Part shown: in pieces, positions 9,098-19,445 of the stretch | How positions within the stretch are numbered: the stretch's first letter is position 1 | Layout of the letters: each line of letters begins with the position of its first letter | Source: an uncultured Verrucomicrobiae bacterium | GTDB taxonomy: Bacteria; Verrucomicrobiota; Verrucomicrobiia; Chthoniobacterales; UBA10450 | Assembly: GCA_963834385.1 (NCBI GenBank) | Contig: CAWIBO010000002.1 | Span: 480,001 to 544,000, forward strand | DNA length: 64,000 nt | Direction: 5' to 3' | The notes under the pieces: model-generated | What the model was told of the DNA's origin: nothing | Database searches by the model: none | The model's input: only the letters and a program-made list of their open reading frames with translations | Made by a program: the position numbers and the translations under genes

Positions 9098-9835
9098 TCA
9101 GTAAGGGGACGATGGGGCAGCGGCGCCCTCCGGGCGGCCCGTCATGATTTCCGACCAGTGCGCGAGGAAGAATTTCTTTCCCGCGGGCAGGAAGTGCGGC
9201 GACCGGCCCAGGATGGGCCGCAAGGTGGTGGTCATCTGGAGGCAGACAAGAAAGAAGACCACGCACCAGATGGAGAGGTGGGCCCCGCCGCTGCCCCCGA
9301 GGAAGCGCACCCCGGCCCGAAGCAGCCGGAAGCCGAAAAGAATGCCGATGGTCCAGAAGAGCAGGTGAAGCGCCCCCATGAACGCCACCGAATCCGTTGA
9401 TTGCGAGAAGATCCACGCGACGGGCGCAAACCCGATGAGCAGCATGGCGCTGAGACAGACGGCGGCTAAGAGCGCGCCGCAGACCGTTCCGATTCTTGCC
9501 TCCATCCCATCGAGAGCGGTGAAAATATAGAGGCTGGGCAGACAGATCAGCATGGAGAGGAGGCAACCCAGGACAAGCTTGGCCGGCGCGATCCAGAGCT
9601 GATTGCCACCCGCAAGGCTGCCGGCCACGATGCCGTAAAGGGCAAACCCGGCGAGGGCCAGTCCCAGAAGAACGGTCGCCAGGATGACCCGTCGGTCTCC
9701 CGAGATTTCGTGCAGGACGCGCCCGGGATGTTTCAGGATGGCTTCCAGGATCGCGCCGGGGGTCGGCGCCCCGGGCATTGGCTCAAAGGATAACTGCGGT
9801 GAGGATGGTAGTGGTGGTGGTTTGGTGTTGTTCAT
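9098..9835 (-). CDS. Uncharacterised multi-pass membrane protein
   Basis: About 5 TMs, LPSLYIF and QMTTTLRPILG motifs; similar to the neighbouring gene. Confidence 0.8.
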   Translation of the reverse strand: MNNTKPPPLPSSPQLSFEPMPGAPTPGAILEAILKHPGRVLHEISGDRRVILATVLLGLALAGFALYGIVAGSLAGGNQLWIAPAKLVLGCLLSMLICLPSLYIFTALDGMEARIGTVCGALLAAVCLSAMLLIGFAPVAWIFSQSTDSVAFMGALHLLFWTIGILFGFRLLRAGVRFLGGSGGAHLSIWCVVFFLVCLQMTTTLRPILGRSPHFLPAGKKFFLAHWSEIMTGRPEGAAAPSSPY

Positions 9836-9856
9836 GGTCGTTGGTGTTTGTTGTTT

Positions 9857-10561
9857 TCAGAGAAAGAGACGGGCGAAGGAATACCAGACGGCCTCATAGA
9901 AGCTGCCCCGCAGCGGTTCATCGCGGAGGAATTGCACCGGCAATTGCGGACTGCCGATGAAAGGGCGAAGCACCCAGGCCAGCTGGCTTCCGAGAAGAAA
10001 GTTGGCCCCCGTCCAGCTCCAGAAAAGCCGCCGGGCCACGGCGCGGCCTTCCCGCGCGACCAGATAAAGATAAAGCCGGCGATTGGCCGTCACGCCGGCG
10101 CAGGCGATCAGGAACACATGGGTCAGCAGGATCACGGCATGGGCCGAGCGTGCCTCGGGGGCGCCCAGCGGCGGCGTGTTCTGCAGGACAAAGAGAGCCA
10201 CCGGGGTCGCCCCCGCGAGGATAAGCGAAGCGATGCCGAAGCTTCCCAGGATGGCCACCGTGGTCTGGCGAAACGACAGCCGGCTGCCCAGCAATTGCGA
10301 CAACATGCCATTGAGCAGCGCGCTACCCGCGCAGGTGAGAAAAATCAAAAGAGGGAACTTGATCCCGGTGAAGAGGGCCTGAGCGGGCGCGCGCCAGAGT
10401 CCAAGGGAGGCGCCATAAATGCCGGACCCGAGAAGGATCAGGAGCGTCAGAATCCAGGGAGCCCGGCGTTGTGCCAGCCAGTGCGCGAGCCCCGCCTGAT
10501 CGGCCCGGAGGAGGTCGGGGACGAGAGACCGAGCCGTCAGTTTCGGAGAATTCGCCGTCAT
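9857..10561 (-). CDS. Uncharacterised multi-pass membrane protein (paralog-like of 9098-9835)
   Basis: About 5 TMs, YG..G..IKFP and GSQLAWVLRPFIG motifs. Confidence 0.8.
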   Translation of the reverse strand: MTANSPKLTARSLVPDLLRADQAGLAHWLAQRRAPWILTLLILLGSGIYGASLGLWRAPAQALFTGIKFPLLIFLTCAGSALLNGMLSQLLGSRLSFRQTTVAILGSFGIASLILAGATPVALFVLQNTPPLGAPEARSAHAVILLTHVFLIACAGVTANRRLYLYLVAREGRAVARRLFWSWTGANFLLGSQLAWVLRPFIGSPQLPVQFLRDEPLRGSFYEAVWYSFARLFL

Positions 10562-10565
10562 CTTA

Positions 10566-10580
10566 CTTTGTGATACAAAG
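10566..10580. promoter_or_regulatory. Palindromic operator, copy 2
   Basis: CTTTGT-GAT-ACAAAG, 4 nt upstream of ATG 10561. Confidence 0.75.
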
Positions 10581-10597
10581 CTTGTGGGCACAAAAAA

Positions 10598-10894
10598 TCA
10601 TCTTCGCCCCGCCCGCACAATCTCCTCCAGCACTTCCAGGTATTCCCGGAACGCCTTTTTCCCTTTCCCCGTCAGCGCATAACTCGTCTGCGGCCGTTCC
10701 CGCACCTCTTTCGTCACCGCCACCAGCCCCGCCTTGTGCAGCGTCCGCAGGTGCGTGACCAGATTGCCGTCGCTCATCTTCAACTCGTGTTTCAAATCCT
10801 GGAACGACCAGGCCGGTCGCGACGCCAGCAGCGTCATGATCGAGAGCCGCCCCTTCTCGTGAATGGCCTTGTCCAGCTTGTCGAAGTCCGGCAT
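10598..10894 (-). CDS. Winged-helix transcriptional regulator (HTH_34/ArsR-MarR-like)
   Basis: LDKAIHEKGRLSIM..F.DLK..L.MSDGNL..HL..L...G......P.T.Y.LT..G. Confidence 0.92.
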   Translation of the reverse strand: MPDFDKLDKAIHEKGRLSIMTLLASRPAWSFQDLKHELKMSDGNLVTHLRTLHKAGLVAVTKEVRERPQTSYALTGKGKKAFREYLEVLEEIVRAGRR

Positions 10895-10900
10895 CGATCC

Positions 10901-11560
10901 TCATTCGTTCGGCTCGATTTCCCCGCCCGGGCGCGGCCAGGCGCAGGCGGCGTAGACGAGATGGAAAATCCCAAAGGTCAGTCCCATGGCCAGCATGGCC
11001 GGCCGGCGCAAAGGGGGCTGCCAGAGCCCGAAGACCATGAGCAGCGTCACCAGGCCGGCCACCACAAAGGCGGCTCCGAGAAGAACCAGGGAGCGGGGAG
11101 CGAAGGTGGAGGTCGCCAGCAGCGCCAGGCCGTAAAAAAGAATCCAGATCGCCGCCACCAGCAAAGACATCGCGGCCGCTCCCTCGTCGCGCAGGATGAA
11201 CAGGGTCAGAATCGCGGCAGAGCCAACCGGCGGGATGGCGCAGCGAATGGCCAGCCTCAACCCCGGCGAGAGAAGCGCGGTTTTTTCCCGATGCGCCTTT
11301 CGCGCGATGTACCAGGTGTTGACGCAAAGCGTGGCCACCAGAACGATCATCCAGATCAGGGTGAACCCACGCACACTTTGCTCGAGGCCAAAGGTGGAGC
11401 CATCCCCCGGCGCGGTCAGGAGGAACCAGAGCGCCACCGCGGTGGCAAGGCCGCCGCCGAAAAGGGCAGTGGGGGCCGAGATGGCCCGATAAATCGTGGC
11501 CCGCTCCATCAGGTGACGGATCAGGCGCAAATGTTCCTCGGCCTTGCCCGGCTCAATCAT
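10901..11560 (-). CDS. Membrane protein, co-transcribed with the regulator
   Basis: HLRLIRHLMERA N-terminus, about 6 TMs, FGIFHLVY. Confidence 0.82.
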   Translation of the reverse strand: MIEPGKAEEHLRLIRHLMERATIYRAISAPTALFGGGLATAVALWFLLTAPGDGSTFGLEQSVRGFTLIWMIVLVATLCVNTWYIARKAHREKTALLSPGLRLAIRCAIPPVGSAAILTLFILRDEGAAAMSLLVAAIWILFYGLALLATSTFAPRSLVLLGAAFVVAGLVTLLMVFGLWQPPLRRPAMLAMGLTFGIFHLVYAACAWPRPGGEIEPNE

Positions 11561-11566
11561 GGTTCA

Positions 11567-11581
11567 CTTTGTAATACAAAG
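11567..11581. promoter_or_regulatory. Palindromic operator, copy 1
   Basis: CTTTGT-AAT-ACAAAG, 6 nt upstream of ATG 11560. Confidence 0.75.
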
Positions 11582-11606
11582 CCCAAACCCCGGCAAGCCC
11601 TTTTTT

Positions 11607-12095
11607 TCAGACCGGGCCCGCCGCCGCCAGGAGGAACCAGCTGATCATCCCCAGCGCCACCGCCAGCTTCGCCAGCAGTCCACCCAGGTTGCCCAGCAAT
11701 GTCCCCCAGGCCGCGCGCCCCGCCGCCACCGCCCGTTTCCCGGCCAGGAATTCGCCCGCCACCGCGCCGACGATCGGTCCGATGAAGATCCCGATGAACC
11801 CGAAGAAAACGCCGACCACCGCGCCGGCCAGGGCACCGAACAAGCCCCAGCGGGTCGCCCCGAATCGCTTCGCGCCGAAATATCCCGCGCAGAAATCGAT
11901 CCCATAGGAAATGGCGGTGAGCGCGACCAGTCCGCCCAGCGTGACCCACCCGATCCCCTTCTCCGGCCCGACCATGATCCGGTGCAGGATGGCGGCAGCG
12001 AGGATGATGACCGTCCCGGGCACCATCGGCAGGACGGTGCCGAGGAGGCCCACGGCCATAAGGACAATCGCCACCAGCCACCAGAAAAGGTCCAT
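11607..12095 (-). CDS. DUF456 family membrane protein
   Basis: GLLGTVLPMVPG, GAKRFGATRWG, GPIVGA..GE. Confidence 0.9.
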   Translation of the reverse strand: MDLFWWLVAIVLMAVGLLGTVLPMVPGTVIILAAAILHRIMVGPEKGIGWVTLGGLVALTAISYGIDFCAGYFGAKRFGATRWGLFGALAGAVVGVFFGFIGIFIGPIVGAVAGEFLAGKRAVAAGRAAWGTLLGNLGGLLAKLAVALGMISWFLLAAAGPV

Positions 12096-12176
12096 GCCGA
12101 TCTTTGTGACGGGTCTTGCCGTTTGGGAAGCCTTTTGACCCGATCCGCTCAGTTTCTATACTGACCGTTCTTCCTC

Positions 12177-12671
12177 ATGCCACTCCCGCCCGGAACCAAA
12201 GCTCCCGATTTCACGCTCCCGACCAAGACGGCCGCCGGCGCGCGGGAAATCACGCTCAGCGCAAACTTCGGCCGGAGGCACACGGTGCTCCTGTTTTTCC
12301 CCATGATTTTCACCGACACCTGCACGGCGGAGATGTGCGCGGTGAGCCGCAGCCTGGCCGATTACGAGAAATTGCACGCCACGGTCTATGGGATCAGCGG
12401 GGACAATCCCTTTGCGCAGGAGGCCTGGGCGCAGAAGGAAGGGATCACCCTGACGCTCCTGAGCGACTACGAGCATGCCGTCGCCCGCGCCTACGGGGTC
12501 GCCTACGATTCCTATCTCCCGCAGTTCGGTCTGCCGATGGGCGGCGTGGCCAAGCGTTCCGTCTTCGTCATCGACCGCGACGGTCTTATCCAGGAGGCGG
12601 TTTCCGACGACGACGCGCGCAACCTGCCCGACTTCGAAAAGATCAAGGCGCGCCTGGCTGAACTGGGATAA
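12177..12671 (+). CDS. Peroxiredoxin (AhpC/TSA family)
   Basis: [21 protein letters not shown] (PxxxTxxC), GIS.D, RSVFVID. Confidence 0.9.
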   Translation: MPLPPGTKAPDFTLPTKTAAGAREITLSANFGRRHTVLLFFPMIFTDTCTAEMCAVSRSLADYEKLHATVYGISGDNPFAQEAWAQKEGITLTLLSDYEHAVARAYGVAYDSYLPQFGLPMGGVAKRSVFVIDRDGLIQEAVSDDDARNLPDFEKIKARLAELG

Positions 12672-12693
12672 TTTCACAAACCGGAGACTGCAC

Positions 12694-15612
12694 ATGACCA
12701 ACGAGTTCAAAACCCTGCAAAAGTTCGACGCCGGCCATGGACGCGAAGGCCGGTTCCATTCGCTCCCCGCGCTCGAGCAGCAGGGGGTGGGGCCGATCTC
12801 GCGGCTCCCGGTCAGCATCCGCATTGTGCTCGAGTCGGTCCTGCGCAATTGCGACGGGCGGAAGGTCCGGCGCAAGGATGTCGAGACCCTGGCCAACTGG
12901 AAGGCAAAAAAACCGGCCAACGAGGAAATCCCGTTCGTGGTCGCGCGAATCGTCCTGCAGGATTTCACCGGGGTCCCGCTGGTGGTCGACCTGGCCGCCA
13001 TGCGCAGCGCGGTGCAACGCCTCGGGGCCGATCCGAAGATCATCGAACCGCTGGTCCCGGTCGACCTGGTGGTCGATCACTCGGTCCAGGTTGATTTTGC
13101 CGGGTCCGCCGCCGCCCTGCGCCTGAACATGGAGATGGAGTTCAAGCGCAACCGGGAGCGCTACCAGTTCCTCAAATGGGGCCAGCAGGCTTTCAGGACG
13201 TTTGGGCTCGTTCCTCCCGGCATCGGCATCGTTCACCAGGTCAATCTCGAGTATCTCGCCAAGGGCGTTCTCCACTCACCCATCCCTGATGATTCCGCCT
13301 CGCTCTTTTACCCGGACACTCTCGTCGGAACTGATTCGCACACCACCATGATCAATGGCCTCGGCGTGGTCGGCTGGGGCGTCGGCGGGATCGAGGCCGA
13401 AGCCGGGATGCTCGGGCAGCCGGTTTATTTTCTCACTCCGGAAGTGGTCGGCGTGCACATGACCGGCGCGTTGCGCGAAGGGGTCACCGCGACCGATCTG
13501 GCGCTGCACATCACGGAGATGCTGCGGGCGCAGAAGGTGGTCGGAAAATTCGTCGAGTTCTATGGCGAAGGCACCGCCTCGCTGCCGGTGGCCGATCGCG
13601 CCACCATCGGCAACATGTCGCCCGAGTACGGCGCCACCATGGGCTTTTTCCCGGTCGACGCCGAATCGGTCGCCTACCTGCGGGCCACCGGGCGGACCGA
13701 CGAGCAGTGCGCGGCCTTCGAGAATTATTTCAAGGCGCAAAAAATGTTCGGCATCCCGCGCCGGGGCGAGATCGACTACAGCATCGACCTCGAGCTCGAT
13801 CTCGGGGAGGTGCAGCCGAGCGTGGCCGGCCCGAAACGGCCGCAGGACCGTATCAACCTGCCCCGGCTGGGCGACAAATTCCGCGAACTCTTTGCCAAAC
13901 CGGTGAAGGAGGGCGGCTACGGCAAGTCGCTCGACTTGTTGAAACTTCGCATCCCGGTGGATCTCAATGGCGACGCCCATCCGACCGAGACCGAGCTGGA
14001 GGAAGCCAGTGTCGAGAGCCCGACCGACACCGGCGAGGGCATGAAGGCCGACGGCGGCACCGAGATTGGCGAGACCCCGGGTGACCGTGAAATGGTGACC
14101 AATCGCCCCACTTCCACCCCGGCCGACATGCTGGCGGCCACGAACGCGGCCGAATTTCACGACGGCCACTCGGCCGTCGGTCACGGCAGCGTGCTCATCG
14201 CCGCCATCACCAGCTGCACCAACACAAGCAACCCGAGCGTGATGCTGGCTTCCGGTTTGCTCGCGAAAAAAGCGGTCGAGCGCGGCATGCGCGTGGACCC
14301 CTCGGTCAAAACCTCGCTCGCCCCGGGCTCGCGGGTGGTGACCGATTACCTCGACAAAACAGGGCTTCAGCCCTTCCTCGACCAGCTCGGGTTCAACACC
14401 GTCGGCTACGGCTGCACCACCTGCATCGGAAACTCCGGGCCGCTCGACCCGACGATCGAGAAAGCGATCAACGAGAACGACCTCGTGGCGGCTTCCGTGC
14501 TCTCCGGCAACCGCAACTTCGAGGCGCGGGTGCATCAGAACATCAAGGCCAACTTCCTCATGTCACCACCGCTGGTGGTCGCCTTTGCGCTCGCCGGCCG
14601 GGTCGACCTCGATCTTTCCAAAGACCCGCTCGGACGCGACCGCGACGGAAACGACGTCTACCTGCGCGACCTCTGGCCCTCGCTCAAGGAGATCCGCGAC
14701 ACCATGGAGAAGGCGCTTACCCCGGAGGTGTTCCGCCGGCTTTACCGCGATTTCAGCGCGCAGAATCCAAAATGGAATGAGATTCCGTCGAGCACCGGCG
14801 AAATCTACGAGTGGGACGAGAAGAGCGATTACATCCACGAACCGCCCTTTTTCCAGGATTTCGGGATGGAACCGGGCCGGATCGAGAACATTCGCGGGGC
14901 GCGGCCGCTCGGCATCTTCGGTGATTCCGTCACGACCGATCACATCTCGCCCGCGGGCGCAATCAAGTCGACTTCGCCGGCTGGGCACTATCTGAAGTCA
15001 CGCGGGATCGAGCCGACCGATTTCAACAGCTACGGCAGCCGGCGCGGCAACGACCTCGTCATGACGCGCGGCACCTTTGCCAATGTTCGGATCAAAAATT
15101 TGATGGTTCCGGGGACCGAGGGCGGCGTGACGAAATATCACGGGAAAGGCAAGCCGGAGGAGATGTCGATTTACGACGCCGCCATGAAGTATCAGGCGGA
15201 GAAGGTTCCGCTCGTTATTCTGGCCGGGCACGAGTACGGCACCGGCTCGAGCCGGGACTGGGCGGCGAAAGGGACCCGCCTGCTCGGGGTGAAAGCCGTG
15301 GTCGCGGCGAGCTTCGAGCGCATCCACCGCTCGAACCTTGTCGGGATGGGCGTGCTCCCGCTCCAGTTCGCCGAGGGAACCAGCGCGCAAACCCTCGGGC
15401 TCGACGGCTCGGAGACTTACTGCGTGACCGGTCTCTCCGAAACCATCGAACCGGGCGCCACCGTTCAGCTCGAAATCGAGCGGCAGGATGGCCGCAAGGA
15501 ATCGGTCCCGGTCAGGCTCCGGATCGATACCCCGATCGAGATCGATTATTACCGCCACGGCGGCATTCTCCCGTTTGTCCTGCGCGAACTGGTTTCGAAG
15601 AACCGAAAATAG
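12694..15612 (+). CDS. acnA: Aconitate hydratase A
   Basis: [57 protein letters not shown] before ATG 12694. Confidence 0.97.
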   Translation: MTNEFKTLQKFDAGHGREGRFHSLPALEQQGVGPISRLPVSIRIVLESVLRNCDGRKVRRKDVETLANWKAKKPANEEIPFVVARIVLQDFTGVPLVVDLAAMRSAVQRLGADPKIIEPLVPVDLVVDHSVQVDFAGSAAALRLNMEMEFKRNRERYQFLKWGQQAFRTFGLVPPGIGIVHQVNLEYLAKGVLHSPIPDDSASLFYPDTLVGTDSHTTMINGLGVVGWGVGGIEAEAGMLGQPVYFLTPEVVGVHMTGALREGVTATDLALHITEMLRAQKVVGKFVEFYGEGTASLPVADRATIGNMSPEYGATMGFFPVDAESVAYLRATGRTDEQCAAFENYFKAQKMFGIPRRGEIDYSIDLELDLGEVQPSVAGPKRPQDRINLPRLGDKFRELFAKPVKEGGYGKSLDLLKLRIPVDLNGDAHPTETELEEASVESPTDTGEGMKADGGTEIGETPGDREMVTNRPTSTPADMLAATNAAEFHDGHSAVGHGSVLIAAITSCTNTSNPSVMLASGLLAKKAVERGMRVDPSVKTSLAPGSRVVTDYLDKTGLQPFLDQLGFNTVGYGCTTCIGNSGPLDPTIEKAINENDLVAASVLSGNRNFEARVHQNIKANFLMSPPLVVAFALAGRVDLDLSKDPLGRDRDGNDVYLRDLWPSLKEIRDTMEKALTPEVFRRLYRDFSAQNPKWNEIPSSTGEIYEWDEKSDYIHEPPFFQDFGMEPGRIENIRGARPLGIFGDSVTTDHISPAGAIKSTSPAGHYLKSRGIEPTDFNSYGSRRGNDLVMTRGTFANVRIKNLMVPGTEGGVTKYHGKGKPEEMSIYDAAMKYQAEKVPLVILAGHEYGTGSSRDWAAKGTRLLGVKAVVAASFERIHRSNLVGMGVLPLQFAEGTSAQTLGLDGSETYCVTGLSETIEPGATVQLEIERQDGRKESVPVRLRIDTPIEIDYYRHGGILPFVLRELVSKNRK

Positions 15613-15672
15613 AGAAGCCCATTGCTGGAAGGTCGCGAGCGGGATTCGGGAAGGCTCCCCGCCGCGAAAGCC

Positions 15673-16431
15673 CTACGGCACCGGGCGGAGCGGATGAGCG
15701 CCTTCGCGCAGGATCGGGTCGTCCTCGCTCGACCGGCGGAAGACCTGCACGTGTGAGCCCTCGGCGATAAAGGCGGAGACCGGCTCCGCCGCCAAAGTCT
15801 CGACAAATTTTTCGCCGTAAAGCGCGGCCACATCGGCCTTGAACTCCCAGCTGGTGGCCGTCCAAAGTTTCCAGCGCGGGTGTTCCACCCGGTATTCGCT
15901 GCACTCGCTGCCGCGCGCGGTGTAGCCCCAGTAATGTTCCGTGATGAACTCCTCGTGGGAATCCTGGGCCGAACCCTGCGCCTCGCCTTCCGCGGTCAGC
16001 CGAAGCGATTCCCACTTCGTCCGGCGACGCCAGCCGTATTCGACGGCGAGTTTCCCCTCCTTGTGCTCGATTTCGTGGCGCATCGGCACCGCAAGGTAGG
16101 GCTCGCCGTAACAAACACGGGCGGTGACCGCAATGGCGCGCTTCGGAACCAGTTCGCGGATAAAGGCCACACCGCGCCGCCAGGTGTCGGCGCTCCGGCG
16201 CCGGACGTAAAAGCGCAGGTTCACCTCCTCAAAATCGCGATGCAACGGGATCGGGATGCCCATGACCCGGGTATCGAGAAAAAGGAACCCGACCACGCTG
16301 ACGTAGGTCTCGCCCTGGTAAAAATCGAGCTCCGTGCCGGCCGGGACCAGCGGACGCAGCAGGTCGGGATCGACCCGGTAGTTGAGCATGGCGAGATAGC
16401 GCCAGTTGGCCGTGAGAAAAACCTTTAGCAT
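15673..16431 (-). CDS. DUF2071 (YqjF-like) protein
   Basis: FLTANWRYLAMLNY, FEEVNLRFYV, FITEHYWGY, VEHPRW. Confidence 0.9.
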   Translation of the reverse strand: MLKVFLTANWRYLAMLNYRVDPDLLRPLVPAGTELDFYQGETYVSVVGFLFLDTRVMGIPIPLHRDFEEVNLRFYVRRRSADTWRRGVAFIRELVPKRAIAVTARVCYGEPYLAVPMRHEIEHKEGKLAVEYGWRRRTKWESLRLTAEGEAQGSAQDSHEEFITEHYWGYTARGSECSEYRVEHPRWKLWTATSWEFKADVAALYGEKFVETLAAEPVSAFIAEGSHVQVFRRSSEDDPILREGAHPLRPVP

Positions 16432-16546
16432 CAGAAATCACACGAGCTGTTATCCTTGGGAGTTCCCCACGGATTAAATGCTCATGCTCATCATCCTACT
16501 CGGATTCGTCCGAGCTCGCCGAAATGATTTGAGACCAGGCCGCCAA

Positions 16547-16572
16547 GGTAGGGCGAGACTCCGTCGAGCCTG
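16547..16572 (+). repeat. REP family A singlet
   Basis: GGTAGGGCGAGACTCCGTCGAGCCTG, same as the left arms at 57461, 60648 and 60882. Confidence 0.8.
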
Positions 16573-16663
16573 AGAGCAATCGAAACCCCCAGATTCGAGT
16601 CGACCCTCACGTCTCGCACGCCGCCCGGCATCCGCCGCCGCAACGCAATCAGCAATCAGCCAA

Positions 16664-18864
16664 TCAGCGGATCAGCTTCTCGAGCGACGGATCAGCCTCG
16701 GCCCCGAGCGAGGTGGCCCTGGCGTAATGCTGCTTGGCCAGTTCCTTGGCCGGCGGATCGCCCGTGGCATAGATGACCGCGAGGTTGAAATGCGCATCGG
16801 CGTAATCGGGGTTCACCTTGATCGCCTCGAGCATTTCCTTCTCGGCCGCCTCCTGCCACCCTTTCTGGCTGGCGGTGATGCCAAGGTAATTGTGGGCGGT
16901 GGCGCTCTGCGGGTTGATGGCCAGGGCGCGGGTCAGCGCATTGAGCGCATCATCAAATTTGGCCTGGCGATAATAAACGATGCCCAGCGTCGTGTGCGAA
17001 AACTCATCCTTGGGCGCAAGCGCGATCGCCTTCTTCAGGGTCAGCTCAGCGGCCTTCAGTTTGCCGGTGCGGAACAGAACCACGCCAAGATTGGAGAGCG
17101 CGTAAAGATTGTTCGGCGCCTTGGCCAGGATCTCCTGGTACTGGCGCTCGGCGTTGCGAAACTTGCCGCGATCAAAGTTCTGCTTGGCCTCGCGCGCCAC
17201 CGGGACGAGGTCGGCCGGCACCCCGGGGATGGAGGTTTCCACGTTCGGGCCCGGCACGGCCGGCGCGGGGGCGGCGCCTGACGGATCCGGTGCCGCCGGA
17301 AGATCGGTGGTGTTCTTGGCCACGGCGAAGCTCGCTGTCACCCCGACCGGGTTGCTGTCGGAAATGGTCACGACCGGCTGGCGCAGGAGGGCCAGTTCCT
17401 CGTCGCTCAGCTTGGTGATCGGCGAAGCGAGCAGCTCGACCTGTTGATCGAGCACCTCGGATTTTACCTGCAGCTTGTCGAGCTCGGCCAGCATCAGCTT
17501 CTTGGCCTGCTCGCGCCGGGCTTCCTGCTGGCGCTCACGCATGACGATGCCCCGCAGCAGTTCGTTCTCCTTGACCAGCCGCGCGGTTTCTTCCGAGCTG
17601 GCGCCCTTGAGCCGGGCGGTTTCCAGTTCGGCCGCGGTGGTATCAAGCTGGGAACGGAGTTCCGCCACCGTCAGCTCGAAGTCCTGGTTCTGTTTCTGGC
17701 TGACGGCCAGCTGCTGGCGCAGCTCCTCGAGCTGGCGTTTCACTTCCACCAGTTCCTTTTCCTTCTCCGGCGCGCCCTCGCCAATTTCCCGCATCGTCTT
17801 TTCCGCGTCGGCCAGTTTCTGTTTCAGGCCACTGTTCTCAGTGATCAGGACCTGCACCCGCTCGACGGCGTCCCTGGAGCCCTGCAATTGCGCGATGGCG
17901 GCGTCACGCTCCAGCTTCATGGCCGCGACCTCCTTGCCGGCCTCGGTCAGCTTGTCCGCCGCGGCGAGCCGCTCCTTTTCCGCGGCCGACTTGGAAGCCT
18001 CCGCGGTCGCCAGCGCCTGTTTCAACTGCGTGATCTCATCGCGCAAGGCCGCCTGCGCTTTGCTTTCGTCCTTCCCGGCCGCCTCCAGCTTTTGCAGGGT
18101 GCCCTGCGCCCGGGCCAGTTCATCGCGCACGACCCTTTCAGCCCCCCGCGTTTTCTCCAGCTCCTTCTGCGCCGTCTCCAGCTTTGAATTGGTTTCCGCC
18201 AGCCTGCCCGCCGCTGACTCGCGCTCCTTCTGCGCCGTGTTCAATTCCGTGCGCGATTTCTGCAACTCCGCCTGCAGCTCGTCCACCTTTGTCTGCAACT
18301 GGCGCGTCGCTTCCTTGATCGCCGCCTCATTCACCGGCGCGGGCGTGGCCACGGGAATCTGCGCCACCGGCGGCGGGGTGGCGGCCGGGCGCGACTCGGC
18401 CACCGGCGGACGCACTTCGGCCGGACGGGACGGCACGAGTTCGACATTTGGCTCGGCCGATCCGGCGGCGCGCGGAAGCGGCGGGGAGGTAATATCACTG
18501 GGCGACGCCACCCCTTGTGCCGCCGCCGGGGCGGGCGCCGGCTGGGCGGTCACGGCCAGGTCCTTCTGGGTGCCCAGCTTCCCTTCCACCCGCAGGATGC
18601 TCTCGCTGATCTTGCGGCTGCGGTACTCGACGATCGCGGGCTGCCAGTCGCCATGTTTCTTGCGCAACTCTTCCAGGAGACTGCCGGCAAAACGGAACTT
18701 GGTCAGCGCGGGCCCAAACTGGTTCTCGTTCTCAAGTTTCTCGCCCTGCTGGGCCGTCATGTAGGCCTTGAGAAAGACCTCGCTCGGGTCCTCCCCCTGC
18801 GCCTGGAGGCCGGGGGCGAAAAAAAGGTGATTCCGGTGAGGAAAACGAGACCGAATCTGTTCAT
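16664..18864 (-). CDS. Exported coiled-coil + C-terminal TPR protein; apparent frameshift at A7 run 18819-18825
   Basis: One extra T joins MNRFGLVFLTGITFF to FAPGLQAQGEDPSEVFLKAY, giving a signal peptide; long heptad region; TPR repeats. Confidence 0.8.
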
Positions 18865-19017
18865 GGGGAAGCTGAAAGCGATGATAACCGACGAGGGCGG
18901 AGTTGCAATCGCCGGCTGCCATTCCTTCGAAGAGCGGCCAGCGTGCCACGGAGCGCGCGGAGAGCTTTCCCATTGCAAAACGGCGGGGCAAAACTAGTGT
19001 CCGAGGCTCTTCAAGAC

Positions 19018-19090
19018 GGTGGCCATAGCTCAATGGTAGAGCTCCAGATTGTGATTCTGGCTGTTGCGGGTTCGAGTCCCGTTGGCCACC
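19018..19090 (+). tRNA. tRNA-His (GTG)
   Basis: Cloverleaf with G-1, acceptor GTGGCCA/TGGCCAC, anticodon arm CCAGA-TTGTGAT-TCTGG, GTTCGAG; CCA not encoded. Confidence 0.97.
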
Positions 19091-19195
19091 CCTTTCCTTC
19101 CCGGGGCGGCCCCGGCGCCACCCTCGCTCTTTCGCCACGGAGACCGGCCAATCCGCCCCTCATCTTACCTCCGACGATCCGCCGGCGCGGGGAGA

Positions 19196-19211
19196 TGGCA
19201 CGCGCGCTGCT
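19196..19211 (+). promoter_or_regulatory. Putative sigma54 (-24/-12) promoter
   Basis: TGGCAC-GCGCG-CTGCT versus consensus TGGCAC-N5-TTGCW. Confidence 0.55.
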
Positions 19212-19222
19212 AAAAGGCTCGC

Positions 19223-19384
19223 ATGAATCCATTGCTCTCCTTTGTTCCCGCGCCTTTCACGGCCGATTTCTGGCAGCAGATCGCCTCCAACGATGCGCTG
19301 GCCGAGTGTTCGCCGCTGGAAAAGATCCTGGCCGGGTGCGAGATCATCGCCGCGGCGGACGAAGTCGACCTGCTCGCGGCCTGA
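19223..19384 (+). CDS. 53-aa hypothetical protein ending in LAA
   Basis: MNPLLSFVPAPFTADFWQQIASNDALAECSPLEKILAGCEIIAAADEVDLLAA*; GC3-rich codons; fills the intergenic gap. Confidence 0.6.
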   Translation: MNPLLSFVPAPFTADFWQQIASNDALAECSPLEKILAGCEIIAAADEVDLLAA

Positions 19385-19408
19385 GGCGCAGCGCCCCGCA
19401 AAAGTTGC

Positions 19409-19433
19409 GAGGGTTTTTCGTTCCCGCCTCGTT
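19409..19433 (+). promoter_or_regulatory. ECF promoter copy 1
   Basis: GAGGG-N15-TCGTT upstream of the anti-sigma gene. Confidence 0.75.
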
Positions 19434-19445
19434 TATGCTGAGGTG

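Noticed and set aside
12475..12693. N-terminal extension of the aconitase ORF
   Set aside because: Overlaps the peroxiredoxin gene; the RBS and protein motifs support ATG 12694.
18865..19138. N-terminal extension of the 824-aa ORF
   Set aside because: Runs antisense through tRNA-His; the true start is probably ATG 18864 with a frameshift.
19100..19440. Possible tmRNA, given the tag-like ..DEVDLLAA* ending
   Set aside because: No tRNA-like 5' end or T-arm/CCA 3' end; the reading frame has its own ATG.
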